Both the position numbers and the translations under genes were made by a program. A stretch of DNA of 63,134 bases, the filler included, from Chiloscyllium plagiosum (Eukaryota), in the NCBI RefSeq assembly GCF_004010195.1. It is 4 parts of one record of this genome, joined end to end, with 100 filler letters (N's around TTAATTAATTAA, not from the genome) between each part and the next. Parts side by side here need not be neighbours in the genome. Positions count along the whole stretch, not along the records: positions 1 to 20,272 come from NC_057712.1; 3 more parts are not named here. One strand, written 5' to 3'. Every line of letters starts with the position of its first letter. Position 1 is the stretch's first letter. Shown piece by piece: positions 1 through 11,930 of this stretch. The notes under the pieces were generated by a model. It did not search any database. It worked only from the letters and a program-made list of their open reading frames with translations, and was not told the origin of the DNA.

Positions 1-550
1 GGCCGTCCCCCCCAACAGTATCCAAAGCGGTATACTTATTGTTTAGGGGAACGACCACAGGGGATCCCTGCACTGCCTGCTTCCTCCCCTTCCCACCTCT
101 AATTGTTACCCAGCTACCTCTGTTCTCTGGCGTAGCTATGTCCCTGTAGCTTCTGTCTATCACCCTCTCAGCCTCTCGAATAATCCTCAGTTCATCCAAC
201 TCCAGTTCCAGTTCCCTAACTCGTTCTGTGAGGAGCAGGATCTGACTGCATTTCCTGCAGATGAAGTCGGCAGGAGCATCGGTGGTCACCCCTACCTCGA
301 ACATCCTGCAGGAGGAACATTCCACTGCCTGCGCTGCCATTACTCTACATTTCATCTCCAAAGCAAGACACTGAGTAGCTTATCTGTGAACTTTAAAGTT
401 AGGTTAGAGGAGGAGGATGGGAGGGAGGCCCTACTATGTAGGGCCTGGGGTATAGAACACACCCACTCAAATATCAATCACTTACCTTCCCGACCACCTC
501 AGCGCTCCAACCTCACTTCTGTCCAGCTCGCGCCGCTCTCTGCTGTGAAA
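1..550 (-). mobile_element. CR1 LINE 5' end: 5' UTR and ORF1 N-terminus (runs off the window start)
   Basis: An open frame from ATG at 340 reads MAAQAVECSSCRMFEV...FICRKCSQILLLTERVRELELELDELRIIRE...VPLNNKYTALDTVGG. This is a CxxC..CxxC zinc finger plus leucine zipper, typical of CR1 ORF1. Confidence 0.85.
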
Positions 551-667
551 AGTGTACCTCAACTCATTACTTTCTAGCTAATACAAGGAGCAAGTACCAG
601 AGTTTCTTAACAAGGAAGTAAAAGACAAAGTAAAAGTTAAAGTGCCAACTGAGTTAACAGTCAAATT

Positions 668-980
668 TTAGATTAGATTACTTACAGTGTGGAAACAGGC
701 CCTTCGGCCCAACAAGTCCCCACTGACCCGCCGAAGCGCAACCCACCCATTCCCCTACATTTACCCCTTTTACCTAACACTACGGGCAATTTAGCATGGC
801 CAATTCACCTGACCTGCACATCTTTGGACTGTGGGAGGAAACCGGAGCACCCGGAGGAAACCCACGCAGACACGGGGAGAATGTGCAAACTCCACACAGT
901 CAGTCGCCTGAGGCGAGAATTGAACCCAGGTCTCTGGCGCTGTGAGGCAGCAGTGCTAACCACTGTGCCACCGTGCCGCC
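668..980 (-). mobile_element. HE1-type tRNA-derived V-SINE, full length
   Basis: The minus strand begins GGCGGCACGGTGGCACAGTGGTTAGC (A box) ... GGTTCAATTC (B box), followed by the V-domain GTGTGGAGTTTGCACATTCTCCCCGTGTCTGCGTGGG, a CR1-like tail and (TCTAA)n. Confidence 0.9.
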
Positions 981-1039
981 TTGTCTTTTACTTGTCTTTC
1001 ATCTCTGTTTTCACGTTTCCCACAACTAATTAACATGAT

Positions 1040-2345
1040 ACATAGAGTCATAGAGTCATTGAGATGTACAGCATGGAAACAGACCCTTCGGTCCAAACCA
1101 TCCATGCCGACAAGATATCCCCAACCAATTTAGTCCCATCTGCCAGCGCCTGGCCCATATTCCTCCAAACCCTTTCTATTCATATACCCATCCAAATGCC
1201 TCTTAAATGTTGCAATTGTACCAGCCTCCACCACATCCTGTGGCAGCTCATTCCATACACATACCACCCTCTGCTTGAAAATGTTGCCCNNNNNNNNNNN
1301 NNNNNNNNNNNNNNNNNNNNNNNNNNNNNNNNNNNNNNNNNNNNNNNNNNNNNNNNNNNNNNNNNNNNNNNNNNNNNNNNNNNNNNNNNNNNNNNNNNNN
1401 NNNNNNNNNNNNNNNNNNNNNNNNNNNNNNNNNNNNNNNNNNNNNNNNNNNNNNNNNNNNNNNNNNNNNNNNNNNNNNNNNNNNNNNNNNNNNNNNNNNN
1501 NNNNNNNNNNNNNNNNNNNNNNNNNNNNNNNNNNNNNNNNNNNNNNNNNNNNNNNNNNNNNNNNNNNNNNNNNNNNNNNNNNNNNNNNNNNNNNNNNNNN
1601 NNNNNNNNNNNNNNNNNNNNNNNNNNNNNNNNNNNNNNNNNNNNNNNNNNNNNNNNNNNNNNNNNNNNNNNNNNNNNNNNNNNNNNNNNNNNNNNNNNNN
1701 NNNNNNNNNNNNNNNNNNNNNNNNNNNNNNNNNNNNNNNNNNNNNNNNNNNNNNNNNNNNNNNNNNNNNNNNNNNNNNNNNNNNNNNNNNNNNNNNNNNN
1801 NNNNNNNNNNNNNNNNNNNNNNNNNNNNNNNNNNNNNNNNNNNNNNNNNNNNNNNNNNNNNNNNNNNNNNNNNNNNNNNNNNNNNNNNNNNNNNNNNNNN
1901 NNNNNNNNNNNNNNNNNNNNNNNNNNNNNNNNNNNNNNNNNNNNNNNNNNNNNNNNNNNNNNCATATATTCCATGAGATCTAACCTTGCTAATCAGTCTC
2001 CCATGGGGAACCTTGTCGAACACCTTACTGAAGTCCATATAGATCACATCTACTGCTCTGCCCTCATCGATCTTCTTTGTTACTTCTTCAAAAAACTCAG
2101 TCAAGTTTGTGAGACATGATTTCCCATGCACAAAGCCATGTTGACTATCCCGAATCAGTCCTTGCCTTTCCAAATGTATGTACATCCTGTCCCTCAGGAT
2201 TCCCTCCAACAACTTGCCCACCACCGAGGTCAGGCTCACTGGTCTATAGTTGCCTGGCTTGTCTTTACCACCCTTCTTAAACAGTGGCACCACGTTTGCC
2301 AACCTCCAGTCTTCCAGCACCTGTGACTATCGATGATACAAATAT
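1040..2345 (-). mobile_element. HER1-type CR1 LINE, RT to 3' end (spans N gap 1290-1962)
   Basis: RT motifs PGNYRPVSLTSVVGKLLE and SQHGF..KSCLTNL; C-terminus FKRHLDGYM; (CATAGAGT)n tail on the + strand. Confidence 0.9.
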
Positions 2346-5300
2346 CTTGAAACTCTTCTTCTGAAAGTGACCTGTTCGAATCAGTCTTCCTTTGTTTCTT
2401 AAGATCAACTTAAGAAGCAGCAGAGTAGAAAGAAGGACCACCTTCCTCTGATTCCAGTCATGACAGCGTGTTCCTCAGTCACCACTCTGCCCCACAAACA
2501 GCAAAGAGACATCCACGTGAGAGACATTGTAGAAGGAACCAGTAGGAAGAGTTCGAGGCAATGGAAAAAGTATGAAAGAACAGTTGAAACCGGGGTTAAA
2601 ATACAAGAAGGATTACATGCCACATTTTGGGTGGAGAGACTGATGATCCAGGTATATAAAGGGTCTATTCAAGGCATCAAAATGGCCAACATCTAAGATT
2701 GCAGGAGTATGCAGAATATAGCTTTGGTATATAATTATTCATTTTTTAATTATTCATGGAATATATGTGCTACTGATAACACATTTTATTACCTAATGCA
2801 AATTTCTATTGAGGAGTTGAATTATTTTGGTCTGTGTGATGAGTGTGCTTTCACAGTACCAATAGGTTGGCATTGCTTGGATTTTGACACAGCAATGTGA
2901 AACAACGCCAATGAATTGCCAAGTCAGGATAGTTTGTGACTTGGAGTGACACATAAAATGACTATGGTCTCATTTGTCTGATGCGCTTGTCCATCTAGGT
3001 GTTAGAGATTTTGGAGGTATTATGATAGTGAGCTAATGCAACACATCTTCTATATTGTACACACTAATCTTCTTCCTTAATATGTGCTTTATCAACTGCA
3101 GGATATTTGTACCTGATGAGACAATACTTTTGTTACCCTTCATAACATAAGAACTAGATGTGGGTAACAGTACTGAAAGGTTTAACGTGCTTATTACAGT
3201 CCGTGATAAATACATATTCCAATCAAAGGCATGTCAGTGTCTGGACTAATACTAAGCTATTCGGTAACAAACGGTAGTGTACTTTCAACAGTATTTCATG
3301 CTTCAAGCGACCTCAGACAAAACGGAGTCTGAGAGCTTTATCCTTTCAGGTCACATGCTGTGATACAGTGATGATATCACCAGCATGTCTCTAAAAGGTA
3401 TACTGCATACCTGTGTATTAGCTGTAAGACATAACACAATACTTACTGCAGCCACTTTTCATTCGTAGTGGATGTTTAGGTTCATGGATATGACCAGCTG
3501 GTCTATTTTGTCCTGGATGGTGTCATTCTTTTTGGGTTTAGTTCGAAATACACTCATCCAGGAAAACGGCGAGTAATCCATAACAGTTCTGACTTGTGCT
3601 TTGTAGATGATGGACAGGCTCTGAGGAGTCATGAGGAGGACTGCTCATCACAGAATCCCCAACCTCTGATCTGTTCCTGGAGTCATATTATTCATTTAAC
3701 TGGTCAAAATCAGTTTCTGGGCAATGCTGAATGCCAGGCAGTTGATGGTGGAGAATTCCATGAAGCTAATGCTACTGAAAGTAAGTTAGGATCATGTAAA
3801 GTGAATGGTATTTTCTCATCAGCCAAATTCTGAATGTTGTCCAGATGTTGCTGCATATGGGCATAGATTTTTTCATTTCTTCATTAGGTGAAAAGTTGTA
3901 AATGGTACAGTACACTTCACAAGAATCAACAAAGCATTCCTACTTCTGATGTTTTGCTGGAGGGAAGTCATTGATGAAGTAGCTGAAGATGTTGGGCTGA
4001 GGACACTATCCTCAAGAACACCTGAAACAATGTCCTGGGCCTGAGGTTCTTCATTCCAACATCCACTAGCTTTTTTACCTTCCCTAACTCTTTTTTGCAT
4101 CGATAGCTTCTGTCTTAATTCTCTTGGGTTACAATCTGACCCTTTCTGATACTGTTTAATTCAAGACACACTTCCTGAGTCACACCAAACTTCACAAATT
4201 CACTGACCCCTGCGGAATTTCTGACTCTCCCTTGGATCCTGGCCTCTTTGATGCTTCCTGTTGATTTTATTCAAGTCACTCTTCTTGAATCATCCCTCCC
4301 ACTGGGTTTTTCAGACTTTGTGGAATTTCTGGACATGTTCCAGTTCCTGGTTTCCCTCTGCCACCTGCTACTCCGACCACTCGGAACTGGCCTTTACTGT
4401 TTAAGGGAGATACCCTGCAGCCAGCCGAACTTTTCCTGGATAAAATAACTATCCATGTCCTTAGCAAGCTTGTGGTCACCCTGCTGTTATCAGACCCACA
4501 TCAACTTCATTCTCAGAGTCCTCCTCAATCAATGGCATCCCTCTCGTCTTTCCTATGAACTCTTTTATTGTAACACTAGCATTTAGATTGAATTCAGGTA
4601 GAAAACCTTTCATTGCCTGGTGCCTCCTAGAATGCTAATCTCTGTCTCTGTTTTTACTATTTCTGTAGTTAGAAACTCCTGACAGCCACCCTGGTCAACC
4701 TCTATTACTCCAGACAGTAATTGTGCAGCCTGAGATGTCAAAACCAAAAACTTCCCGAAAGTGATCTAATCTGAAAAGAAATGTGGAACAGTACAGCACA
4801 AGAATGTCCATGCCAAAGTACATCCCATCCACAACTATCCTCTAGCTTCTATGACCAAGCCAGCTTTGTATCCAACTTACCAACCCATTTGGAGCTCATG
4901 TGACTTAATCTTCTGAACCAGTCTACCGTGATGGATGATGTCAAATGCTTGAGCGAAGTCCATATAGACAACATCCACTGTCCTATCCTCATCAACCATC
5001 TTTGTCATTTCCTCAAAAAATCAATCAAATGTATGAGCAAGACCTCCCCCCCCCCCCCACTCCACCACCACCACATAGCCATGCTGACTGCCCCTAATAA
5101 GGCCATTCTTTTCCAAATGCAAGTAAATCCTGTCCCTAGGAATCTTCTGCAATAGTCTCCCTCCACTATTGTAAGGATCACTGGCCTATAGTTTCCTGGA
5201 ATATCCCTGTTCCCCTTCTTAAACAAAGAAATGATTATGGCTATTCTATAGTCTTCTGGGGCCCTGCCTGCAGCTAAAGAGGATAGAGAGATTGCTGTCA

Positions 5301-6569
5301 AGACCCCAGCAATCTGCTCCCTTGCCTCCCTCAGTATCTTGGGATAGATCCCATCAGGCCTAGAGGACTTATCAGCCTAGTGTTTTTCAAGAATGCCACA
5401 CCTCCTCCTTCTTAATAGTGACATTCCTTAGAATATCAACATACTCCTCCCTAATCTTACCATCATTCATGTCCTTCTCCTTGGTGAAAACTGATGCAGA
5501 GTATTCATTAAAGACCTCACCCAAGTCTTTTTGCTCCAGACATAAATTCCCTACCTTGTCTTTGAGTGAACCATATTTCCCTAGCTATCCTGTTTTTCTG
5601 ATAAAATGCATAAATGCCTTGGGATTTTCTTCAATGCTACTTGCAAAGAACATTTCATGTCCCCTTTTGGCCCTCCTAATGCATCGTTTTAGTTCCTTTT
5701 TGCTTCCTTTATGTTCCTCTAGGACCTTATTTAATTTCAATTTCCTAAACCCTACGTATATCACCTTTTTCATTTTGACTACATTTTCAATGTTTCTTGT
5801 CATCCAGGGTTTCTGAATCTTACCATCTTCATCTTTCATCTTCCCAGTATCATACTGGTCCTGAACTCTGATCAACTGTGTTTTAAAAGTTTCCCAAATG
5901 TCAGATATGGATTTACCCCCAAACAGCCACCTCCAATCTAATTTCCCCAGTTCCTGCCTAATGTTATTGTATTTAGCCTTCTCCTAGTTTAAAACTTTCA
6001 CCCGACGACCAGACTTATCCGTATCCAAAACTATCTTAAAATGTATGTAATTATGATCACTGTTCCCAAAATCTTCCCCCACTAGAAATTTGATCACTTG
6101 GCCAGACACATTCTCCAATGAAAAGTTCTAATATGGCCCCTTTCCCAGTTGGATGATCTATGTATTGTTTCAAGAAACCCTCCTGAATGCACTTAACAAA
6201 GCTGCCCCGTTTATACCCCTGCTACTAAGGGAATGCCAGTCAATATTGAGGAAGCTAAAATCACCCACCTTGTTGTTTTTCCATCTTTCCTACAGATATG
6301 ATCTGCCTACATATCTGTTCCTTGGTCTCCCACTGGCTATTGGTAAGCCTGTACTATAAACCCCATCACAGTGATTTTACCTTTCTTATTCCTGAGCTCA
6401 AGCCATATAGCCTTATTTGATGAGCATTCCAAAATGTAGCTGTGACATGCTCCTTAATCAGTAATGCAACTGCCCTGCTCCTGTTACATCCCTCTCTATC
6501 ATGTCTGAAATATCTAAATCCTGGAATGTTGAGCTGCCAGTCCCATCCTTCTCTCAATCGAATTTCTGT

Positions 6570-7888
6570 GGTATTGACATGCCTTAGTCTATTATCAAGG
6601 AAGAAAAAGCTAGACATCTAGATATAAATTGTCCCATTGGGCAGATGCAACATTGGTTCATGAAGGGCAGGTCATACTTAACTAATCTTTTAGAATTCAG
6701 TGAAGACATTATGAACATTGTGGACAATGGGGACCCAGTAGATGTGGTGTACCTCGATTTCCAAAAGGCATTCGCCAAGGAGCTGCATAAGATAAAGATG
6801 CAAGGCATTATGGGCAATGTATTAGCATGGATAGAGGATCAGTTAACCAACAGGAAGTAAAGAGTGGGAATAAAAGAATGTTATTCTGGTTGGCAATCAG
6901 TAACTCGTGGTGTGCCTCAGGGATCAGTGTTAGAACCACAATTATTCACAATTCACATAGATGATTTGGAAATGGAGACCATGTATAGTGTGTCAAAGTT
7001 TGCAGATGGCACAAAGATGAGTGGTAGAGCAAGTGTGCAGAAGACTGTAAAATTTTGCAAAGGGATATAGATAGTTTAAGTGAGTAGGCATAGGTCTGGA
7101 AGATGGAACACCATGTTAATAAATGTGAAGTCATCCATTTCGGTAGGAATAACAGTAAGAAGGAATGGTCAGAAATTCTTTACAGACGGACCTGGATGTC
7201 TTTGTGCATGAATCACAGAACAAACCTACTTGCAGATGCAACAGGTAATGAAGAAGACAAATGGAATTTTGTCCTTCATTGTGAAAGGGATTGAGTTTAA
7301 AAGCTGGGAGGTTATGTTGCAGCTGTATAGAGTGCTGGTGAGGCCATACCTGGAGTACTGCGTACAGTTTTGTTCTCCTTACTTGAGAAAGGATGTACTG
7401 GCATTAGGGAGGTTCACTAGGTTGATTCTGGAGTTGAGGGGGTTGGCTTATGAGGAGAGACTGAGCAGACTGGGATTATATTCATTGGAATTTGGAAGAA
7501 TGAGGGGGGAATCTTATAGAAACATATAAAATTATGAAGGGAATAGATAATATGGAAGTAGAGAGGATGTTTCCGCTGTTGGGTGAAACTAGGACAAGAG
7601 GGCCTCAAACTTAGGGGGAGCTTATTTAAGACTGAATTGAGAAGGAACTTCTTCACCCAGAGGTTGTGAATTAATGGAATTCCCTGCCCAGAGAAATAGT
7701 TGAGGCTTCCTCGGTAAATGTTTTAAAAGTTAAGATAGATAATTTTTGAACAGTAAAGGAATTAAGGGTTATGGTGAGGGGGTGGGTACGTGGAGCTGAG
7801 GCCATGAAAAGATCAGTCATGATCTTATGGAATGGTGGAGGGGGCTGGCAGGGCCAGGTGTCCTACTCCTGCTCCTTATATGCTTATG
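6570..7888 (+). mobile_element. 5'-truncated CR1 LINE (RT to 3' UTR) nested in the host CR1 endonuclease
   Basis: Frameshifted RT fragments VDVVYLDFQKAF, GVPQGSVL, SKFADGTK and LVRPYLEYCVQF, ending in a 3' UTR. Confidence 0.88.
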
Positions 7889-8732
7889 TAATGGCTACAA
7901 CATTGAAGTTCCATAAACTAATCCAGACTCCAAGCTCATATGCGTTATGTGTTATATTCCTTGCATTAAATTAATTACACTTCCGACCACCAGTCCCATC
8001 ATATCCATTAACCTGGCCTTGCTTGTTCTTCCTATTAGACTTATTAGAGTTAACTTCTACCTTCTCCTCAATCCCTCCACATGCTGATCTACTGCTCTGG
8101 TTCCTGTCCTCCTGCCACATTAGTTTAAACCTTCCCAACTGACACGAATATTGATGCCCTTCTATTTTAGGTGCTACCTGTTCTTCCTCTACAGATCTCT
8201 CCTTCCCTGAAAGAGATCCTAATGATCCAGATTTCTGAAGCCCTTTAACCACACATTCAACGGTATTATCTTCCCCTTTATGGCCACAACAGCACATGAC
8301 CCAGGGAGTAATCCCAGGATTACAACCTTCAGGGTCCTGCTTTCCAAATTTACACGTGACTCCTTAAATTCCCTTTGCAGGATCCCATCTCTCTTTCTGC
8401 TTATGTAGTTAGTAACAATATGGACCATGACCCTCCTGTATCCTGTGCACACTCCAAGATCCTTGATCCTGGGGCAAGAGAACAACATTCCATCCTGGAG
8501 TCTCGCTCAAGCCACAGAACTGCCTATCTATGCTCCTAATTACAGAGTCCCCTATCACTCACCTACACTTCAACTCTCCCTGCTTTACAACAGTTGCCAG
8601 TCATGGTGTCACTGATCCGGCTGCTGCTGTTGCTTTCCCCTGAGAGGACATTCCACCTGTCACTATCTAAAACAGTATACTTGTTTGAGAGGGCAACAGC
8701 CTCAGGGAATTCCGCCTACCACACCTAGGTCA

Positions 8733-10580
8733 AAGTAAGGACTGCAGATGCTGGAGATCAGAGTCTAGAGTGTGGTGCTAGAAAAGCACAGCAGGTCAGG
8801 CAGCATCTAAAGAGCAGGAGAATCGACGTTTCAGGCAAAAACCCTTCATCAGGAATGAGGCTTGTGAGCCGAGGGGGTGGAGAGATAAATGGGAGGGGGA
8901 TGGGTCTGGAAGTGCGATAGGTAGTTGCAGGTAGGGGTAATGGTGATAGGTCGGAGAGGAGGGTGGAGCGGGTAGGTGGAAGGAAGATGGACAGATAGGA
9001 CATGTCATGAGGATGATGCCGAGTTGAAATGTTGAATCTGGGATTAAGTGGGGGAAGGGGAAATGAGAACCTGATGAAATCCACATTGATGCCATGGGAT
9101 TGGAGGGTCCCGTGGTGGAAGTTGAGGCATTCTTCCTCCAGGTGTTTAGGGAGTGGCAATGGAGGAGGCCCTGGACGTGCATGTCCTCGGTGGAGTGGGA
9201 AGGGGGAGTTGAAGTGTTCTGCCACGAGGCGGTGGGGTTGGCTGGTGCAGGTGTCCCGGAGATATTCTCTGAAGTGCTCTGCGAGAAGGCGTCCTCTCTC
9301 CCTAATGTGGAGGAGAGCAACGGATACAGTAAATAACGTGTGGAAGTGCAGGTGAAACTTGAATGGATGTGGAAGGCTCCTTTGGGGCCTTGGATGGAGG
9401 TGAGGGGGGGGGAGGGAGGTGTGGGTGCAGGTTTTGCCATTCCTGCGAGTTCTGTTGTTTATGTGGTTGGAGGGATGGGGTTCAAGGGCAGAGGTGGGGG
9501 ATGTGGATGAGATGTGGTGGAGGGCACCTTCAACTACATGGAGGGGAAATTATGGTCTTTTAGAAGGATGCCATCTAGTGTGTTCTGTGGTGGAATGGTT
9601 GTCCCGGGAGCAGATGTGGTAGAGGCTGAGCAATTGGGAATAAGGGATAGCGTTTTTGCAGGAGGTAGGGTGGGAGGCAGTGTAGGCCAGGTAGCTGTTG
9701 GAGTTGATGGATTTGTAAAAGATGTCAGTGTTGAGCCAGTCATCTTTGATGGAGATGGAGAGGTCCAGGAAGGGGAGGGAGCTGTCAGAGATGGTCCAGG
9801 TAAATTTAAGGTCAGGGTGGAATGTGTTGGTGAAGTTGATGAACTGTTCAACCTCCTCGTGGGAGCATGAGGTGCTGCCGAAGCAGTCTTCAAAGCTAGT
9901 GGAGGAAAAGGTGGTCAATGGTGCTGGTGTAACTGCAGAAGAGTGACAGTTCCACATAACTGACAAAGAGACAGGCATTGCTGGGCCCATTCGGGTGCCC
10001 ATGGTTACCCCTTTGGTCTGCAGGAAGTGGGAGGATTCGAAGGAGAAATTATTGAGGTTGATGACCAGTTCAGCCAAACAAATAAGAGTGTCAGTGGAAG
10101 GGTACTGGTGGGGACATTGGGAGAGGAAGAAACAGCGGGTTTGGAGGCCCTTGCCATGGTGGATGGGGCTATACATAGACTGGATGTCCATGGTGAAGAT
10201 GAGACATTGGGGGCCAGGGAAACGAAAGCATTGGAGGAAGTGGAGAGCATGGATGGTGTCCCGAACGTATGTGTGGAGTTCCAGGACCGGGGGCATAGGA
10301 CAGTATCAAGGTATGTGGAGATGAGTTTGGTGAGGCAGGAACGGACCGAGATAATGAGTCGGCCAGGGTAGTCAGGCTTGTGGATCTTGGCTAGGAGGTA
10401 GAACCCGGCAGTGTGGGGTTCCTGAACTATGAGGTTGGAAGCGGTAGATGGGAGATCCCTGAGGTGATGAGGTTGTGTACGATCTGAAAGGTGATAGTTT
10501 GGTGATGGGCGGTGAGGTCATGATTGAGGGGTCGGTAGAGGAGGCGTCTTCGAGTTGGCACCTGGCTTCAGTGGTGCCGA
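8733..10580 (-). mobile_element. Penelope-like retroelement (RT, GIY-YIG endonuclease remnant, 3' terminal repeat), decayed and 5'-truncated
   Basis: PLE-type RT motifs FTMDIQSMY, QTKGVTMGTRMGP, LPFLDLSI and SHPTSCKNAIPYSQL; GIY-YIG remnant SFTCTS...; C-terminus MAEHFNS..LEEE..GTLQSHGINVDF; pyrimidine-rich UTR and HHR-bearing terminus. Confidence 0.88.
8821..8856 (-). ncRNA. Minimal hammerhead ribozyme-like motif in PLE terminal repeat
   Basis: The minus strand reads auuc-CUGAUGA-AGGGU-UUUU-GCCU-GAAA-CGUC-gauu. It has both core boxes, stem II, the palindromic ACGU in place of stem III, and a GUC triplet. Activity is not shown. Confidence 0.65.
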
Positions 10581-11339
10581 CCACTCCTGGTCACCCATCT
10601 ATCTAGCTTAATCTTTGGTGTGAGCACATCCCTGAAACTCCTATATACAAAACATTTTCTCTCCTGTATGCTCTTCAGTGAGTCCAACTGCTACTCCAAC
10701 TGATCTATGTGGTCTGAGAGGAGCTGTAGGTGGACACACATCGTGCAGACATAATTCTCAGGGAGATTTGACTTCTCTATGATCTCCATGTCTCACCCGA
10801 GGAGTAGATCACTCCATTAAGTGTTATTACTTCCTCTCTAGTAACTACTTGATTAAAAGAAAATGAAAGACCTTATCTTGTCGTACCTTAGTACTGCTCA
10901 CCCTCCTCAGTGAGGCCTAATGCTCACCAAAAGCCTGCGCCTGACCTTAACAGCAACACTTTGACCTAACTGCTGACGTTGTGCTGTTTCTAAGCCACAA
11001 TTAAATTTTCTAATCACCCCTCATATGCTCTGTATTTGATGGGAGAAGGGTGGGAGGGGTGGCAGTGGGAGAAGGGAAATACTACGCTAATGTAACGTAC
11101 ATGCCATGACATCCCTGTGGGTTTCCCACCTGGACCGCTCTATTAACTGTCAATGACAGTTCAGCTTTTTCTGTCTACCTGCTCTTTTCTCAGATGTTTT
11201 TACCTCATCCTTATCTCCCTCTGGTCTCTGAAGGTTTCCAACCTACTTGAGTTTTAGGGATCTGCCTCCTATTAAGCCACCAATGTGCTAATGTATTGTC
11301 TTCTACACCACGATCTCTCTTATTTTGTATAGTAATCTT

Positions 11340-11930
11340 TAACGTGACACACTATTCGGATACCTTTTTGGAAATCTAAATACACCACATTTAGATATTC
11401 ATTTGCATTTCCATAGTCTCCAGGGCAATAGACCAGACACTAGACAATTGCAATAGTATAGTCAGATATTTGTTGACTGGCACAAACACAATGGGCTAAG
11501 GGGCTTCCTTCTGTGCTGCAAACACCTATGAGTCTACATCTACAAGTTCTCTTTTACCCACTTGGGTTTGCTTCCTCAAAGAACTCAAATAAATTAGTCA
11601 AACATAATTTTACTTTCACAAACTCATGATGAATGTGCCTGACTCCATTTAGGTTATTTTAAATATCCTGGTATTATCTCCTTAATAATGTATTCCAATA
11701 TTTTCCTCATGACTAATGTTGTGATAAATGGCCTGTAGTTTCCTGCTTTCTGCCTCCCAAAGAAGTGTCATATTAGAGATTTTCCAAACTTAAGGTTCCC
11801 TTCCAGAATGTAGGGAATTGTAGGATCAACATCAATGTATCTACTATCTCTGCAGGCACTTCTTTTAAGAATATTCAGAGATGCATATCCAAGATCAGTA
11901 AATAGTTAAGACGTGCAGAAATTGAACAAC
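11340..11930 (-). mobile_element. Old CR1 RT fragment with a short + strand CR1 tail (~11460-11535)
   Basis: The minus strand encodes decayed VVYLDFQKG and NYRPF motifs. Confidence 0.6.

Larger units (their letters stand above)
4780..11110 (-). mobile_element. Decayed near-full-length CR1 LINE, interrupted by two nested insertions and internally deleted near the 3' end
   Basis: Read in order on the minus strand: 5' UTR (~10900-11110), ORF1 zinc finger (~10590-10820), ORF1 esterase (~8000-8720), endonuclease (WDWQLNIPG), tether (ENPKAF), RT start (PGNYRPV), then tail near 4780. Confidence 0.8.

Noticed and set aside
905..980. tRNA gene
   Set aside because: The A/B boxes belong to a SINE head continuous with a V-domain and LINE-like tail.
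1064..2320. Long ORFs of 233-396 aa
   Set aside because: Their length comes from translating the N gap; the real parts are CR1 RT.
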